64,000 nt of DNA from Octopus vulgaris (GCA_951406725.2 OX597816.1:60636001-60700000); one strand, 5' to 3'; positions 26,639 through 41,336 are shown, counted from the first letter of the stretch. The notes: generated from the sequence alone by a model not told the origin. Translations and numbers: made by a program.

Positions 26639-27654
26639 AAGAAAATTCTGTGTTCTAAAATTAATAATAAATCTAAGGTGAATCTAATATTTTCTCTTCA
26701 TATTCAGCTGGCATCTTCTGAGCTAACTTAATTGCTATTCTCAAACTTAAGCCATTTTGTTCCATTGAGACAAAAATACCAACAAACAGTTCCTTTGAAA
26801 TCATTCACTTCTGTATTAGCTGCCAATCTTATATATATATACATATGTACATATATGTGTGTGTATGCATATATATATATATATATATACATGCATGCAT
26901 ATATGTATGTCAACTTACATATATATGTGTACATATATATATGTACACATATATGTGTGTGTGTATGTGTGTGTGTGTGTGTGTATGTATGTGTGTGTGT
27001 ACATGATAAGCTTCTTCAGTTTCCATCTCGTAAATCCTCTCACAAAGCTTCGGTTAACACAGCATTATAGTAGAAACTATCTATCTCGGATGTCACGCAG
27101 TTAGACTGAACTCAAAGCCATGGAGTTGGGAAACAAAAGTTTTTACCCCATCACCATATCTGCCCTTTCTCATGACCTTAGAATAGCCTGAATATCACAC
27201 AATTGCATTTTCACTTCTAAGATATTGTCCATATTTAAGGAAACTTTATTTTCAATTCTAGATGACATTTCACTTCAGAAAATAAACCAAACAAACTATA
27301 ATGTTTATGTATAAACACACACAGCCTTACATATACACTACACACAAAACTTACGTATACACCTCTTACTCACATATACATGTTACATATATTCTTCTAA
27401 AATTAATAATCACTTTATCCACCTCTAATCGGAGCCTTTCATTATGTGTAGTCCTTCAGGTACATTCTTTTTTTTTGTCATCTTAAGGATCAGATATACT
27501 AAGAAATTCTACCTAACCACACAGCCATGCATCCTTGCACAGACACACACACACACATATACATATACATATTCTTGTAAGTGTTTCAGCCAGGTGGCTG
27601 TGGTCATGTTGGAGCATCACCATGATTTTTCACTCTTTATTTTTGTACCCTCTC

Positions 27655-28580
27655 TACAATCCTTCCATGGTTCCTCTCCTCTGACTAATGCAATCCCATA
27701 AAAATTGTCGATGGCCCATCTGGTCTATGATGGAATTTGACACTGCTGCCCTCAACTGTGCTTCATGTCGAGCCATTGGTCCATCTGGTATTGTGGATAG
27801 GAGAGTGTCCAGTTTCTTTTTGAAGACTTCCACATCTATATCATGTAAGTTTCTCAATTGTTTTGGCAGAGCATTGAAAAGCTGTAGTCCTCTGAACCCT
27901 AGGCTATTGCAGTACCTGGTTCTTATATTATATGCATTGGACAGTACCTTTGGTACTATGCAGTGGCATCCAGTATGAGCATTCATATAACACTTGATGC
28001 CAAAATTGCGTACTAGCCCTTTCAGCATTTTCCACATGTCTGCACTCTAGGGTGTAGAGTGGTCATTCTTTCAGCCTCTCCCTGTAGTCCATCTGTTGGA
28101 CTGTAGCAATCTTTTTAGTGTAGTGATGCTGGATTGCTTTAAGCTCAATTGCTAGCTTGACAGTGTGTGATGACCACAGCTGAGAGCAATAGTCTAGGTG
28201 GCCGAGGGCAAAGGTCTTCCATAGAGTCAACATGACTTTCTGATCTCTTGTCTTGAATGTCCATAGTATCCATCCCACCATTTGCCTGCAATTTGCTGCC
28301 AACTTGGTAATGTGCATGTGAAATGATGCATCATTACACATACTGATGCCCAGGTCTCTCACTGTTTGTGACTCTGGGATTGCAGCCCCTTCAGGTCCTA
28401 TAAATGCCGGTTGTTGAGCATTTGTGATCTTATAGCGCAGTGCTTGAAATTTCTCAACATTAAATTGCAAATTGCTTTGCTCTGCCCACTTGTATGTTGC
28501 ATTTAGGTCATTCTGCACATTTACAACATTGTTCGGATACTTTATTGCCTGTGATAATTTTGTATCATCAGCATATCTAG
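27655..28580 (-). mobile_element. CR1-like LINE 3' fragment
   Basis: YADDTK..MQNDLN..W...LQFN..K..VRDLGI..LDYCSQLWS..FNALP. Confidence 0.8.
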
Positions 28581-28783
28581 TGACTGTGGCTGTCTAAGTA
28601 ATTGTGGGCATGTCCAAGAGGGCTACTATAAACACTAATGGCCCTAAGACACTTCCCTGAGGGACACCACTTGAAATATGTGTTATATATATTTTCAGGA
28701 TTTAATAATTTTTTACATATATCAAATAATTTTTTTACATATATATGTGTGTGCACATATATATATATATGTACATACATATG

Positions 28784-28814
<31 letters not shown>

Positions 28815-28927
28815 GGCCTGCTCGCTTAGCCAGTGGGGTGGCGTCATTCGAAGGCTAAAACACTGCGAACGCATTGTGACCAGCGATGTGTAACAACATC
28901 TGATGGTCTGGTCGGTCACGTGATCAT

Positions 28928-28963
<36 letters not shown>

Positions 28964-28972
28964 ATATATATG

Positions 28973-29056
<84 letters not shown>

Positions 29057-29146
29057 CACACACACATATATATATATATACATATACACACACATATATA
29101 CATAAACACATACACACACACACACACACATACACACACATATATA

Positions 29147-30009
29147 CAGTTTGTCCCAAAAGTCACTGATGGGTTTCAATTTTTAATAACTTCCTTAACT
29201 TTACAAATAAATGCATGAAATTTTGATACAATATAAAGGACATAAAGGAAATTAATGTGCATGAGTCAAATTTTGCAACACTACTACATCACATATGAAA
29301 AAGGACATCATCTAAATGGCAGCTATTTTCAGCTTTGCATGCCTGTGCTCTTTCCAAAGCATGCACCATAACACCCTCAAGAGTTTCAGACTCCACTTCT
29401 CTGGTTTCTCTAATGATGTTCTCCTTCAGTTGCACCAAAATCTCCAGTTTGTTAATGTAAACCCTCTCTTTCAGGTATCCTCACTAGAAAAGATCCCGGC
29501 TAGTCAAATCTGGGCAACATGAAGGCCAGTTGACATTGCCATAGCGGATTATTCTCTCTCCTTAGCACTGCCATAGCAACTGCATTGTTTATCTTGCAGT
29601 ATGAGCAATTGCCCCATCTTACTGGAACCATGTGTGAGGTCTACTCTGAATGGCCTTCATGTTCTCCAGACTTGACTAGCCCACATTTTTTCTTGTGGAG
29701 TTACCTGAAAGAGAAGGTTTATGCCAACAAACCAGAAACCCTGGTGCAACTGAAGGAGAATATCAATAGAGAAATTAGAGAAGTGGGGTCTGAAACTCGT
29801 GGGTGTTATGGTGAATGTTTGGAAAGAGCACGGGCATGTGAAGCCGAAAATGGGTGCCATTTAATCGATGTCATTTTTCATATGTGATGTAGTGGTGTTG
29901 CAAAATTTGACCTGTGCATATTAATTTCCATTATGTCCTATATATTGTATCAAAATTTCATGCATTTATTTGTAAAGTGAAACCTGTTAGTGACTTTTGG
30001 GACACCCTG
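29147..30009. mobile_element. Tc1/mariner-derived fold-back element
   Basis: TA-flanked; long imperfect inverted arms beginning cag..tgtcccaaaagtcact; the arms contain the transposase C-terminus WP..SPDL..FFLWSYLKEKVY. Confidence 0.8.
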
Positions 30010-30127
30010 TATAAATATATATATATAAATTATATTAAAGATAAAATATGCATGTATGTATATATATATATGTATGTATATATATATATGTGCATATTAA
30101 AAGGTTTTTTATATTTGCATTCTATTT

Positions 30128-30189
<62 letters not shown>

Positions 30190-31131
30190 TGTATGTATAT
30201 ATATATATGTGTGTATTATATATTCAGACTTAGCTAATAAAAAATACAGGTGAACGGTATATTTTGTTTAAAATACTTATTATCTTATATTAAACTTTTT
30301 AATACTTTTTGATAGTTATATATATTTAAATTTTTTTTTGAATTAAAAGTTTTAAAATTGAAAAAAAATATATATATAGAAATATAAAAATTTATAAATA
30401 TAAATTAAAAATTTTAAATTTAAATAATTTAAATTTTAAATTTTATATTTTATATATTTTTTATATATTTTGTATATTATATTAATTATATTTATTTTTA
30501 TGTATTGGTTTATGTTTTTCACTGTTTGATTTGCCTAATAGTGGTTTTATCTCTAATATAATTTATATTTATACTGTGAAATTTGATTTAATCTTAAATC
30601 TAAATTTTCCCTGTAAATTTTGATTTACTCCCTAATATTATTATTATATATATATATATATATAAATCAGAAAAATAATTTGGGCAGGCTTCACCCTTTG
30701 CTATTAAAAAGTTTTTCATCTAATATTTACATTCTGTTGTACATTTGTATATATCAGATATATATATATATGCATGTATGTATATATATATGTGTGTATT
30801 ATATATTCAGACTTAGCTAATATATAATACAGGTGAACGGTATATTTTGTTTAAAATTATTAAATAAAGCATAAAATATTTATATTTTTGTACACACTTA
30901 TATATGTGCATATATTACAGGTCTTTTAATGTCAGGTAAAGGTGTTCTAGTAAAGTTTAAATACTTTATATTTATGGGTCAAAGATATTTGTGAAATAAA
31001 AAATTTGTTTCTTGTTTAATAGACTGTCTTTAAAACATGTATTAAATTTTATTTCGCAAATAAAAGATAACTATATGGAAACACGTTTTTAGTTAATTAT
31101 TTTTACATGGTTAATTATTTTTACTTTACAG

Positions 31132-31980
31132 GTGCATAAATATCAAAGGAAGGTTAACTGGGAAGATAGTTTTTGTGTGTGGCAGATGCACAGGGGCAAT
31201 AAATACAGAAGATGTACAGAAAGCAGATTCCATCACATGCCAGGGGCAAATAAACTAGAAGTAGTTAATAGCTTCCACTACCTAGGCAACCAAGTCTGTA
31301 GTGGGGATAGTTGCTCTGAGAGTGTTGTGGCTCGAATAAATATAGCCTGGACAAAGTTCAGGGAGCTCCTACCTCTGCTGGTAACTAAGAGCCTCTCACT
31401 TAGGATGAAAGGTAGACTGTATGATGTTTATGTGTAAACTGCCATGCTACACAGCAGTGAAACATAGGCCATGACTGCTGAGGACATGCATAGGCTTAAA
31501 AGAAATGAAGCTAGTATGATCCACTGGATGTTTAATGTCAGTGTGCATACACGACAGAGTGTAAGCACCCTAAGAGAAAAGTTGGACATAAGAAGCATCA
31601 AATGCAGAGTGCAAGAAAGACAATTGCACTGGTATGGTCATGTATTATGTATGGATGAGGACAACTGTGAGGAAGTGCCACTCCTTAACTGTGGAAAGAA
31701 CCTGCGGAAGTGGTAGACCTGGGAAGACATGGGATGAGATGGTGAAGTATGACCATCTAACATTGGGCCTCACAGAGGCAATGACAGGAGACCGGAACCT
31801 TTGGAAATGTGCTGTGATTGAGAAGACCCGGTAACTAAAGTGAGATCGCAGCCATGGCTGAAGCCAGTGTTGCATGTCCAGCCCATTTAAGAGTACCCTT
31901 GATGCATCGGATGTTATGATATGCTTGAGATGACCTGTTGAGTCAAGTAAAACCCAAATCGCAGCTGTGGCCAGTGCCCC
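31132..31980 (+). mobile_element. RTE-clade LINE fragment
   Basis: LEVVNSFHYLG..ARINIAWTKFREL..KGRLY..LHWYGHV. A second degenerate copy lies at ~39266-39880. Confidence 0.8.
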
Positions 31981-31989
31981 TGACTGGCC

Positions 31990-32212
31990 CCCGTTTCAAT
32001 TCCTTGGATGATGTAAAAAGATACCTTGATGAATTCTTTGCCATGAAACCACCTCAGTTCCAAGAAAAGGGTATTTTCAAGTTAAAGGAAAGATGGAGAC
32101 GCATTGTGCAACAAAATGGTTCATATTTGGTTGATTAAAAATGTAATGGCAAGTATTTATTGACCTTTTCCTTTCCTTTAAAAATCGGCATGAACTTTCC
32201 GGACAACCCAAT
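31990..32212 (+). mobile_element. mariner 3' end with TIR
   Basis: FNSLDDVK..GIFKLKERW..NGSY followed by TIR ...ggacaacccaa-ta; same family as 47737-48299. Confidence 0.75.
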
Positions 32213-32749
32213 ACATAGCTTCCCTTGTCACATGGAATTCACAAATATGTTTAACAGAAAAATAGATATGATGTTGCCCACACTCCATGAAAATTCTAAA
32301 GAATGACATTTCAAAATACACATTTTTCAGATAATCCTGGTAGTTCATATTTCTTTGAAATCATCGTCAGCTTAAGTCCTCATTCAAAACTTATTTCAAC
32401 TTTTTAAAATATATTTCACTACTTTTGATTAATATATCTTTCCCTTTTGTAACAGGTGACAAAAGTTAATCCACATTAAAATTATTATAATTAACAATAA
32501 AATTTATATTTATCTCTTAACCTACTCAGAGATAAAACATGTTTAAAGCGACAATATTTGTATGTATTGATTAAATTTTAGTCAATCAAAATTAGAACTT
32601 GTATGCAATGAGGAGATGGAAACATTAATTCAAGAACTGGACTTTGGCATGCAGATGGCAAATCTAGGTATGTCTCAGTCTTTTTAAGCCTCATCAGCAT
32701 AGCCGCCTCCAGTGTTTACCAAATCTAGCAATAGAAAATCACAATAAAG

Positions 32750-32805
<56 letters not shown>

Positions 32806-34335
32806 TGTGTACAGTGCTCAGGTGCACTACAACTCATCTAAAGTGTATATATAATCAGGTGTAGTTTCGGCGGATTTCGGAAAGCATGAGGGCCTTAAAG
32901 GATGCAGTGTCATGGCAGTCAACAACTGACGCAGGCAGTTTATTCCATGCTTCAGCAACTCTGAGCGTGAAAAAATGTTTCCGAAAGTCATGGGAGCTGT
33001 GTTGTTTTCTGACTTTGTAGGCATGTCCACGTGTGTTAGACACATGGAGATCAAAAAGGTGTTCAGTGTTGTTGTTGGTGAGGTGGTTGATAACTTTGTG
33101 GGTGTTTACCAAGTCCGTCGCCAGACGCCGGAGCTTCAGTGAATCCATGCCCAGGGAAACAAGGTGCTCAGAATATGGTAGGTGTCTGATGGAGGGTATG
33201 CGTTTGGTTGCACGTCTCTGGACAGATTCCAGGAGGTCAATGTTCTGAGCAAGATAGGGGTTCCAAACTGATGATGTGAATTCCAAGTGTGGTCGTACCA
33301 TAGCTGTATACAGTTTTAAATAGATGGCTGGAGAGCGGCTAACAAAAGTCTTGCTGAGTGATGCCAAGACACCCTCGGCCTTCTTGACAATTTTAGAGAT
33401 ATGCTTTGTCCAACGCAGATCACTGCTGACAGTAATGCCTAGGTCACGCTCGCAAGAGGATTTCTTGATATCAGTGTTGTGGAGGGAGTATGTGGACGCA
33501 GGGTTTTTTCTCCCAAAATGCATGGTGGTACACTTGTCCACAGCCAGTTTCATTTGCCAGTCTGTGATCCATTGCTGCATTGTGTCTAGGTCTGATTGCA
33601 AGAAAGAGTTGTAGACATCAGGATCTGTCCTCTTGATTTCAAGGTACAGCTTGATGTCGTCTGCATATTTCAATACTGTGGCATTCTTTAAATTGGCATC
33701 TATGTCATTAATGTATGCCACAAACAAGAGGGGACCAAGGACAGATCCCTGTGGTACACCCGATGACATCTCATATGGTGTAGAATGCTGTCCTAGAACT
33801 GTGACTACCTCCTTTCGGCTGAGAATGAAGGATTTCAACCAGTTAAAAAGGTCATTCCTCACACCCATTGCAGAGAGTTTCACCATAAGCCTTTTGTGTG
33901 GCACAGAGTTGAAAGCCTTAGCAAAGTCAAGGTAGACAACATCCACCCATGAGCCACTGTCAGTGATCTGAGTAATGTCCTCAAGGAACTCGACAAGCTG
34001 ATCACTGCAGCTGGAGTTAGGGACAAATCCATATTGTGAGGGTCGGATGAGACTGTGAGAGCTCCAGAAGTTCCAGAGTGTTTCTCTGACACACGATTCC
34101 ATCAGTTTTGCAATACAGCTAGTGAGACTGACTAGGCGATAGTTGACAGGTGATGTGCGGTCGCCCTTTTTGAACAGAGGAATGACACTGGCAGTTTTCC
34201 ACTGCTCCGGAGTAGCACCATTGTTGAGACAGTACTAGAAGAAAATAGAAAGCTGGTGTAAAAGGAAGTACCTGCCACGTTTGAGAAGCAGGTATGTAAC
34301 TCCATCAAGACCAGGGGCGGCATAGTTGCGCTTAA
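32806..34335 (-). mobile_element. CR1/L2-group LINE, 5'-truncated, with a 415-aa open RT frame
   Basis: QYGF, YLDFAKAF, GVPQGSVLGPLLF and YADD motifs; (ATT)n tail. Confidence 0.9.
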
Positions 34336-36424
34336 AGTCTATGAGTTAACATAGCATCTTAGCATCTTTACCTAGAATGATGCCATCCATACAAAATATT
34401 TAAACGAGTACTGTATACTTAGTACAGTAAGCAAAATAATTTCAACTAAAATTACATTTGCAATGAGAGTGACTCATGTAAAAATAAATCTGGTTGCAGC
34501 AAAGGGGCAACAACTCAGAAATGTTAATTAATTAATGGGTTAATTAACACCTGAAGTGGGAAAGTGAAAACAGTAGTAATACTACTCTGAAATGCAATTT
34601 TTGAAAGATTAAATTATTAACAATGAGACACATACAATAGCTACATGTGAATATTAATGCTACAATGGTCATGAGATAATCAATTAAATGAAAATAAAGT
34701 TTTGTAGCAGTTTCCAGTCAATGTGGATATGAAATAGTTAAAAAGGAAGTACATTTGTGAAGAATATAATTGGGTTACCAGACAAAATGGACAATATAAT
34801 AATAACATGTAAATTAAAAATAATCAATCTCTTGTTATATTTTAACACAAAAATATAATATTTTTTTATTTGCAAATTTAATTCTTTTAACAACTTTAAT
34901 TGATATTCACAAATTTTGAATTATCTTAAATGAAGTAAATTAAGTCTTTGATAAAAATGAAATAAAACTTTTAATAAATGCATATGGAAAAATGAGTGAA
35001 TTCTGCATTTTGTCTGTGAAGTTTGTTGCATATGTAAGCAGAATTAAAAAGAATTCTTCTAATTTAATTTAATTATAGAAAACTGTGCTAGTTCTCATTA
35101 AATGTGAACACTGTTCTTAGATTCAAAGTCATTTCCAATAAAAACTTGAATTAATAAAACAAAATTAATACTGATGAAAGCAGTTCAGCAGAAATAGAAT
35201 ACAAAGGTTCTACCATTATTTTAACTTTTTTTTTATATTCATTTACAATAGATCTCAAAAAATGATTCAAATCTTGTGATATTGGTTTCAAATTTCATCA
35301 AAAGCTTTTGTTAAAGTAGTTACAAAATGAAGTACATCTTTCTAATTTCCATTTGAACCTACTCAAAATCAAATTTAGCAAATTTTAGAAGACATGGAAT
35401 GAAAAATACATCATTTAACAAGAGAATCTGCAAGTTTAAAGAATGGTACTGTTAGCCCCTGGAACCTCTGTATCTGCTTGAAACTACAATTTGAAGACTT
35501 TTATTGTATTAATCATAATCAAGTCAGTCCTGATTTTAGCATACCCTTTGGTCTGGTGTGAATTTGTAAAAAAAACAAAACAATTTGAAAACAGTTGAAG
35601 ACACAACATTTGTTTATCATGCAAACAAAATTATTGCATGCATGAAGCTGTTATATAAATTTAGATATAAGAGAAACATCCTATAAAAGAATCACGGAGA
35701 TATATAAAGTAAATGCTTAGCTTGGAATCAATACAGTAAACAGATGAGACTTTAATTTGATTCTAACATGGGGAGGATGCTGTCTATTGTAAACAGCATT
35801 GAAAAATAAATCTGGTATTTTTATCTGACAGGTAGATAAATAAAAACCTGGAGTTAAATGACTTACTCAAATATATAACAGAATGGTTGCGACATTGACC
35901 CTGGCAGTATTTGAATTCAGAACTTAAATACAGCAAAGCATTTAGCATACCCTCTAAACAGATTCAGTTTAAGAGATGGACACACTGAGTCACTGCCCAT
36001 GACTCCAATGCTAATCAATGAATGCTGCAATTTTCTGTGGCAATGCACTCTGGTATTTGTGGATTGCTTTACCCAGGGCTCTATAAGGCTGTCAAGGGCA
36101 GGTTATCCCTACCATTTCTAATTCCCCACCATCTTTTCTTATTTTCTATTCTTCTTGAACAAATAAACAAAATGTGAAAAAAATGTGATTAACAAAAGAA
36201 AGAATATACAAATCCAAAATCTTGCTAAAACTATGAACCGGTTAAATTATTTATTTCCATTGTACTGATGAAGACCAAAATGATGAAATTCTAAACTGAA
36301 GAATCAGCAAAGAGCTAAATAAATTTATACAGACAATGGAAGAAAATAACTGACCCAAGAAATTGTAACAAAGAAAAAAATAGAAAAATATATAAAGAAT
36401 TCTGATTTTGAAGATGTGAAAAGG

Positions 36425-36579
36425 TTATTCAAAGATCAAGTGATTCATCTCGTCAATGCCATATTTGCCCTTATATTCTTCAAAAAGTTCATACAGACTG
36501 TTCAGATAAATCTTGTGGACTTCTTCAACCTGCTCTTTACTTGGATTTTCTATCAATGGAACTTCAATTGGTTTTCCAA
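36425..36579 (-). CDS. MOGAT2: MOGAT/DGAT2-family terminal exon (155 nt)
   Basis: ttcaag acceptor. Encodes VGKPIEVPLIENPSKEQVEEVHKIYLNSLYELFEEYKGKYGIDEMNHLIFE*. The four exons sum to 1017 nt, i.e. 338 aa plus stop. Confidence 0.92.
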
Positions 36580-38110
36580 CTTGAAATGAAAAAAAAAAAT
36601 AGAGGGTGAATGTATTAGAGAAAGAGAAAGAAGGTATACAGTATATGAGGAGAGGACAATGGAAGGATGTGAAGAGAGGGAAGGGGGTGAGATAAGAAAG
36701 AGAAGAGAGTGGATAAGAATAGATGAGAGAAAGGAGAAAGAGGAAAAGTGAGGAGAGAATGAAGGATGGAGGAAAATGAAAAGTTGAGAGAAAGAGAGAG
36801 AAAAAGTAAAAGTAAAGAGAGTGAATATAAAAGGGAGAAAGACAGACAGATGTGAAAAGAAAGAAAGAAAGAAAGAGATGCATGAGTCAATGTTTATGGT
36901 GATTGGTGAGTAAATGTTCAATAAGCATAACAGCCATTTTGGCAGAAATGTGGGTCTGAGAGGTTTGTGTCTTGTTTATGATTAACCATGTGGTATTCTA
37001 AATTATTTTTAACACCTCCCCTGCCACTCCATTCCTTTCCCCCATCTCTTTTTATTTAAACTCCTCACCGTTTCTTTTTGCTTTATTTAAGGTATTGGCT
37101 CTTTCTACCTTCTTTCCACATTCCTTATCTTCCTCTCTTCCACTTTGTTCACCTTGCACTCCAGACTTCTGACCTTTTCACCCTCCGACCCTCTACACCA
37201 CACATACATATCATTCCATTCATTTCAGTTCTTTCTTCATTTTCCTCACCAAAATCCCAAACACCACCACCCCCTCTCTCTCTCTCTTGGGCATTCTCAG
37301 ACCCACCCACCAGAACTATCATAACTACTTCACAGTGGTTCTGATAAGTTTCAAGATAACTTCTTATTTATCGCTTTCCTTTGCCATATCCTTCCTCACA
37401 GTCCAGATAATCTAAGCTCACACAGCCTCAAAAGGAACTTCTGTGCTGTAGATGAATTTATGTTGCTTCATGGACTCTAAGCAAAGGACTTGATACCATG
37501 CTGGTTTGTATTTACATATGCATCATCATCATCATCATCATCATTGTTTAACATCTGCTTTCCATATTAGCATGGGTTGGACGATTTTGACTGAGGGCTG
37601 GCGAACCAGATGGCTGCAGCAGGCTCCAATCTTGATTTGGCAGAGTTTCTACAGCTGGGTCCCCTTCCTATCGCCAACCACTCCAAGAGTGTAGTGGGTG
37701 CTTTTTACGTGCCACCGGCACGGGGGCCAGTCAGGCGGTACTGGCAACGACCTTGCTCAAATCATTTTACACATGCCACCAGCACAGGTACCACTAAGGC
37801 GACGTTGGTAATGATTCGAAAGCACATCCTCCCATAGAAACAACATATAACACACTTCCTAAAGCATCAGACACCATTTGTAAAAAGAAGTGTTCACTTT
37901 ACTGGAGAAATAAGGAACAACTAATAAGTGACATTGATATGGTTCAAAATAGTTCATAATCACCCTGCAAAGTTAATGGATGATACTGTATGCCACCAAA
38001 AGGAACTGTCATATGCTACGGAAGATAAAAGATGAGCAGAAGATCAGAGTCATACAAATCCAAGCAAACTTGACTCAATGATGAAGCCAACAACCTAAGT
38101 GTCATACAAC

Positions 38111-38155
<45 letters not shown>

Positions 38156-39220
38156 CCCCTTACACTAGGAAGAAGGGCAAGGACCCAAAACATCAGATTC
38201 TTTATTCCTTAGATTTTATTACCCTCTTATATCAAGTATTCACCACTAGTTCCTCACTTTTCACTTTTAAATTTGCTCTATAGAAAGCCTTGTCCCTGAA
38301 TTTGCAGATAAGACATATTTAAAAATGAGAGTGTGTGCACACTTAAGTCAATAGTATACCTAATGACTACCTGACATATCAGCTTTTTGCAACTTTTCAC
38401 ATAATAAGTTAACAGCAGAAAGTTTCAAACACTGTACTGTATATGGTCCACATATGTGTGCCATCTATGATAACCAAAGGTACCATGATTTTTTGAGGTC
38501 AATCAGAAAATGCCAAGAATTTTAGAAAACTTGAACATTTTTAAAGCACTGTACTATTGCATGAGTATTTCTTTGTGGTAAATAGCAATGCATTTAACCA
38601 GATCTAATTGAAACAATTTTAATACTCTATTCCCTGTGATATTATAAAACTTTTAAAAAGCTGCAGTACTATAAGGCTTAGTATATTATTCAGTGTATTG
38701 TACATTAAAAAGAGTTTTAAAAATTACTGCTTTATGTGGCTGCTAGAAATAGCAGCTAAATGTAACCTTCATAGTGAAAAAGTGAAAGTTATATTGGATA
38801 ATGAAGTTCTAGAAGCAGTTAATTGGCAATCATTAGAGTATATTTGTTCATTCATTTATTTTTTTTTTCTATGTTAGTATGAGTTAGACAGGGAATTATT
38901 TCACATCATATTTTTTGCATATATAATATATTTAGGATTGCAGTATCCAATCAATCTTCCTTTTTAAAATGGGTGTAATTTCATTGGGAGAAAGATTCAG
39001 CTGTTGTTTCTAGTTTGTCAAATGACCATGTAGAAGCAAGTTCTATTATTGGTTTCTTTCAACACCAGTAAAAAGTATCAAATAATGTTCAAATTATTCT
39101 AGATTTTGCTTCAGTAATAAAGGATTTCTCTTCCTTAGAGCCCATATATTAAAAAGTCCTCTACATACATTATTTCAGCTAAGTAGCTGACAACTAGAGT
39201 GTCTTAGATGTACGGTAGTA

Positions 39221-39267
<47 letters not shown>

Positions 39268-41036
39268 TTAGGGTGAAAGGCAGATTGTATAATGCCTGTG
39301 TGCAAACTGCCATGCTACATGAGCTGTGACTGTAGAGGACACATGAAGGCTTAAAAGAAATGAAGTTAGCATGTTCCACTGGATGTCCAATGTCAGCATT
39401 CATATACAACAGAGTTTAAGTGTCTTAAGAGAAAAATTGGGTATGAGAGGAATCAGATGTAGTGTGCAAGAAAGAAGACTGTGCTGGTAAGGTCATACGA
39501 TGCATATGTATGAGGACAGCTGATCTCTAATTATGGAGAGAACCTGTTGAAGAGGTAGACAAAGGAGGAGGTGGGATGAAGTGGTGAACTCTGACCTTTG
39601 AATGTTGAGTCTCATGGAGGTGATGACAAGAGACCAAGATTTCTGGTGATTTGCTGTGCTTGAGAAGATATGTCAAGCTAAGCGAAATCATGGTCATTGC
39701 CAGTACTGATGACACATAAAAGGCACCCAGTATACCCTGTAGAGTGGTTGGCATTAGGAAGGGCATCCAGGCATAGAAACCAAACCAAAACAGACAACTG
39801 AAGTGTGGTGCAGCTCTGGTCAAACCATCTAACCCATGCCAGCAAGGAGAATGGACGTTAAATGATGATGATGATGATGATATATAAATTTGTAATATAA
39901 AATATGGATTCAGAGAATTGTGTGGCTATCATAGAAAGCTCCTCTAATGGACTTGGCTAACAAACCACATGATAATCCAATACAGAGAAGTGTAATGCAG
40001 GATGTTCATGCAGCTGAAATCCTGAAGATCTAATCAGTGAAATTAGCCATAAAAGTCATGAGGTAGAGAGGTGAATATATTTATTAAAACACTTGATATC
40101 CATAGGATTACAGCTGTTTTGCAGCCTTTTTCATGTAGCAGTAATTTCAGTGTGAAATAAATTATATTCAAATATTTGCCTTAAAGTGCATGCTACATAT
40201 TCATCATCATCACCATCATTGTTTAACGTCCGTTTTCCATGCTAGCATGGGTTGGACAGTTCGACTGGGGTCTGGGAAGCCAGGAGGCTGCACCAGGCTC
40301 CAGTCTGATCTGGCAGTGTTTCTACAGCTGGATGCCCTTCCTAATGCCAACCACTCCGTGAGTGTAGTGGGTACTTTTTACGTGCCGCTGGCACAGGTGC
40401 CAGGGTAGGCTGGCAACGGCCACGAACGGTTGGTGCTTTTTACATGCCACCGGCATGGAAGCCAGTCAAGGCGGCGCTGGCATCGGCCACGTACAGCACA
40501 AATTAATGCATATACAGAAAACTAGCTCATCACATCACCAGTACATCATGGTTACACCAATGATTCACCACTGTTGAATACTTTTCTCTGCTAATTTGTA
40601 ATATAAGGAGTAACACTATCTTAGTTTTTCCCTGACATGTTCTTGAATGAAACAAAGGGTCTTATATAGGATTCACTATTTAACACACAAACACACACAC
40701 ACACACAAGCAAGTACACATGCATGCACATACAGGTGTGTGTGTGTATTTTGTCAAGTATATAAGTGAAAGGTAAATATTGGTGAAAAACTGATGAGCTG
40801 GTCCCTTCAAATGAAAACACCCTGTGGTTTTTGTTCCGAGTTGTGCAGATGGTCCCTTGTCACTCTTGTTATCCTACATGCAGCAAATCATTGTCAGCCC
40901 ATAGGAAACTTATAAAAATAATAAATGAGTTTATTTTCTAGCTGAAAGAAAGGAAAACAAAATCCAGCCAGGTTAGCATTTTTACTTCCTCTCTCCTCCA
41001 GACATGCTGGCACACACACACACGTGTGTATGTATA

Positions 41037-41213
41037 GGAGTGGCTGTGTGGTAAGTAGCTTGTTTACCAACCACATGGTTCCGGGTTCAGTCCCACTGCG
41101 TGGCACCTTGGGCAAGTGTCTTTTACTATAGCCTCGGGCCAACCAAAGCCTTGTGAGTGGATTTGGTAGATGGAAACTGAAAAGAAGCCCTTCGTATATA
41201 TGTATATATATAT
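41037..41213 (+). mobile_element. CORE-like SINE, 5' half (split by the HHR array; 3' half at 43471-43732)
   Basis: The two halves together match the intact copy at 44636-45040. Confidence 0.85.
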
Positions 41214-41336
41214 ATTAACAATTAAGGAACGGCCATAATAGGCCATTCACCCACTAGAAATAACAGCCAAAGCTTCTACCGCAAATAAAGGTCAATTCCG
41301 TAAACAGGAGAAAATTAAAAAAACATTTACCCTGTA

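Noticed and set aside
32855-34102. 415-aa RT ORF as a domesticated gene, retron or group II intron
   Set aside because: 5'-truncated LINE with an upstream in-frame stop, a repeat tail and a sibling copy in the same window.
36263-36310. CTGATGA and CTGAAGA motifs in the MOGAT 3' UTR
   Set aside because: No supporting stems.
40100-40545. Possible decayed HHR split by a SINE (AAAAC-AGCT-GTA on -)
   Set aside because: Core is mutated at both halves; too speculative.
40785-40835. CTGATGA...GAAA possible hammerhead
   Set aside because: No pairable stem II and no valid NUH site.
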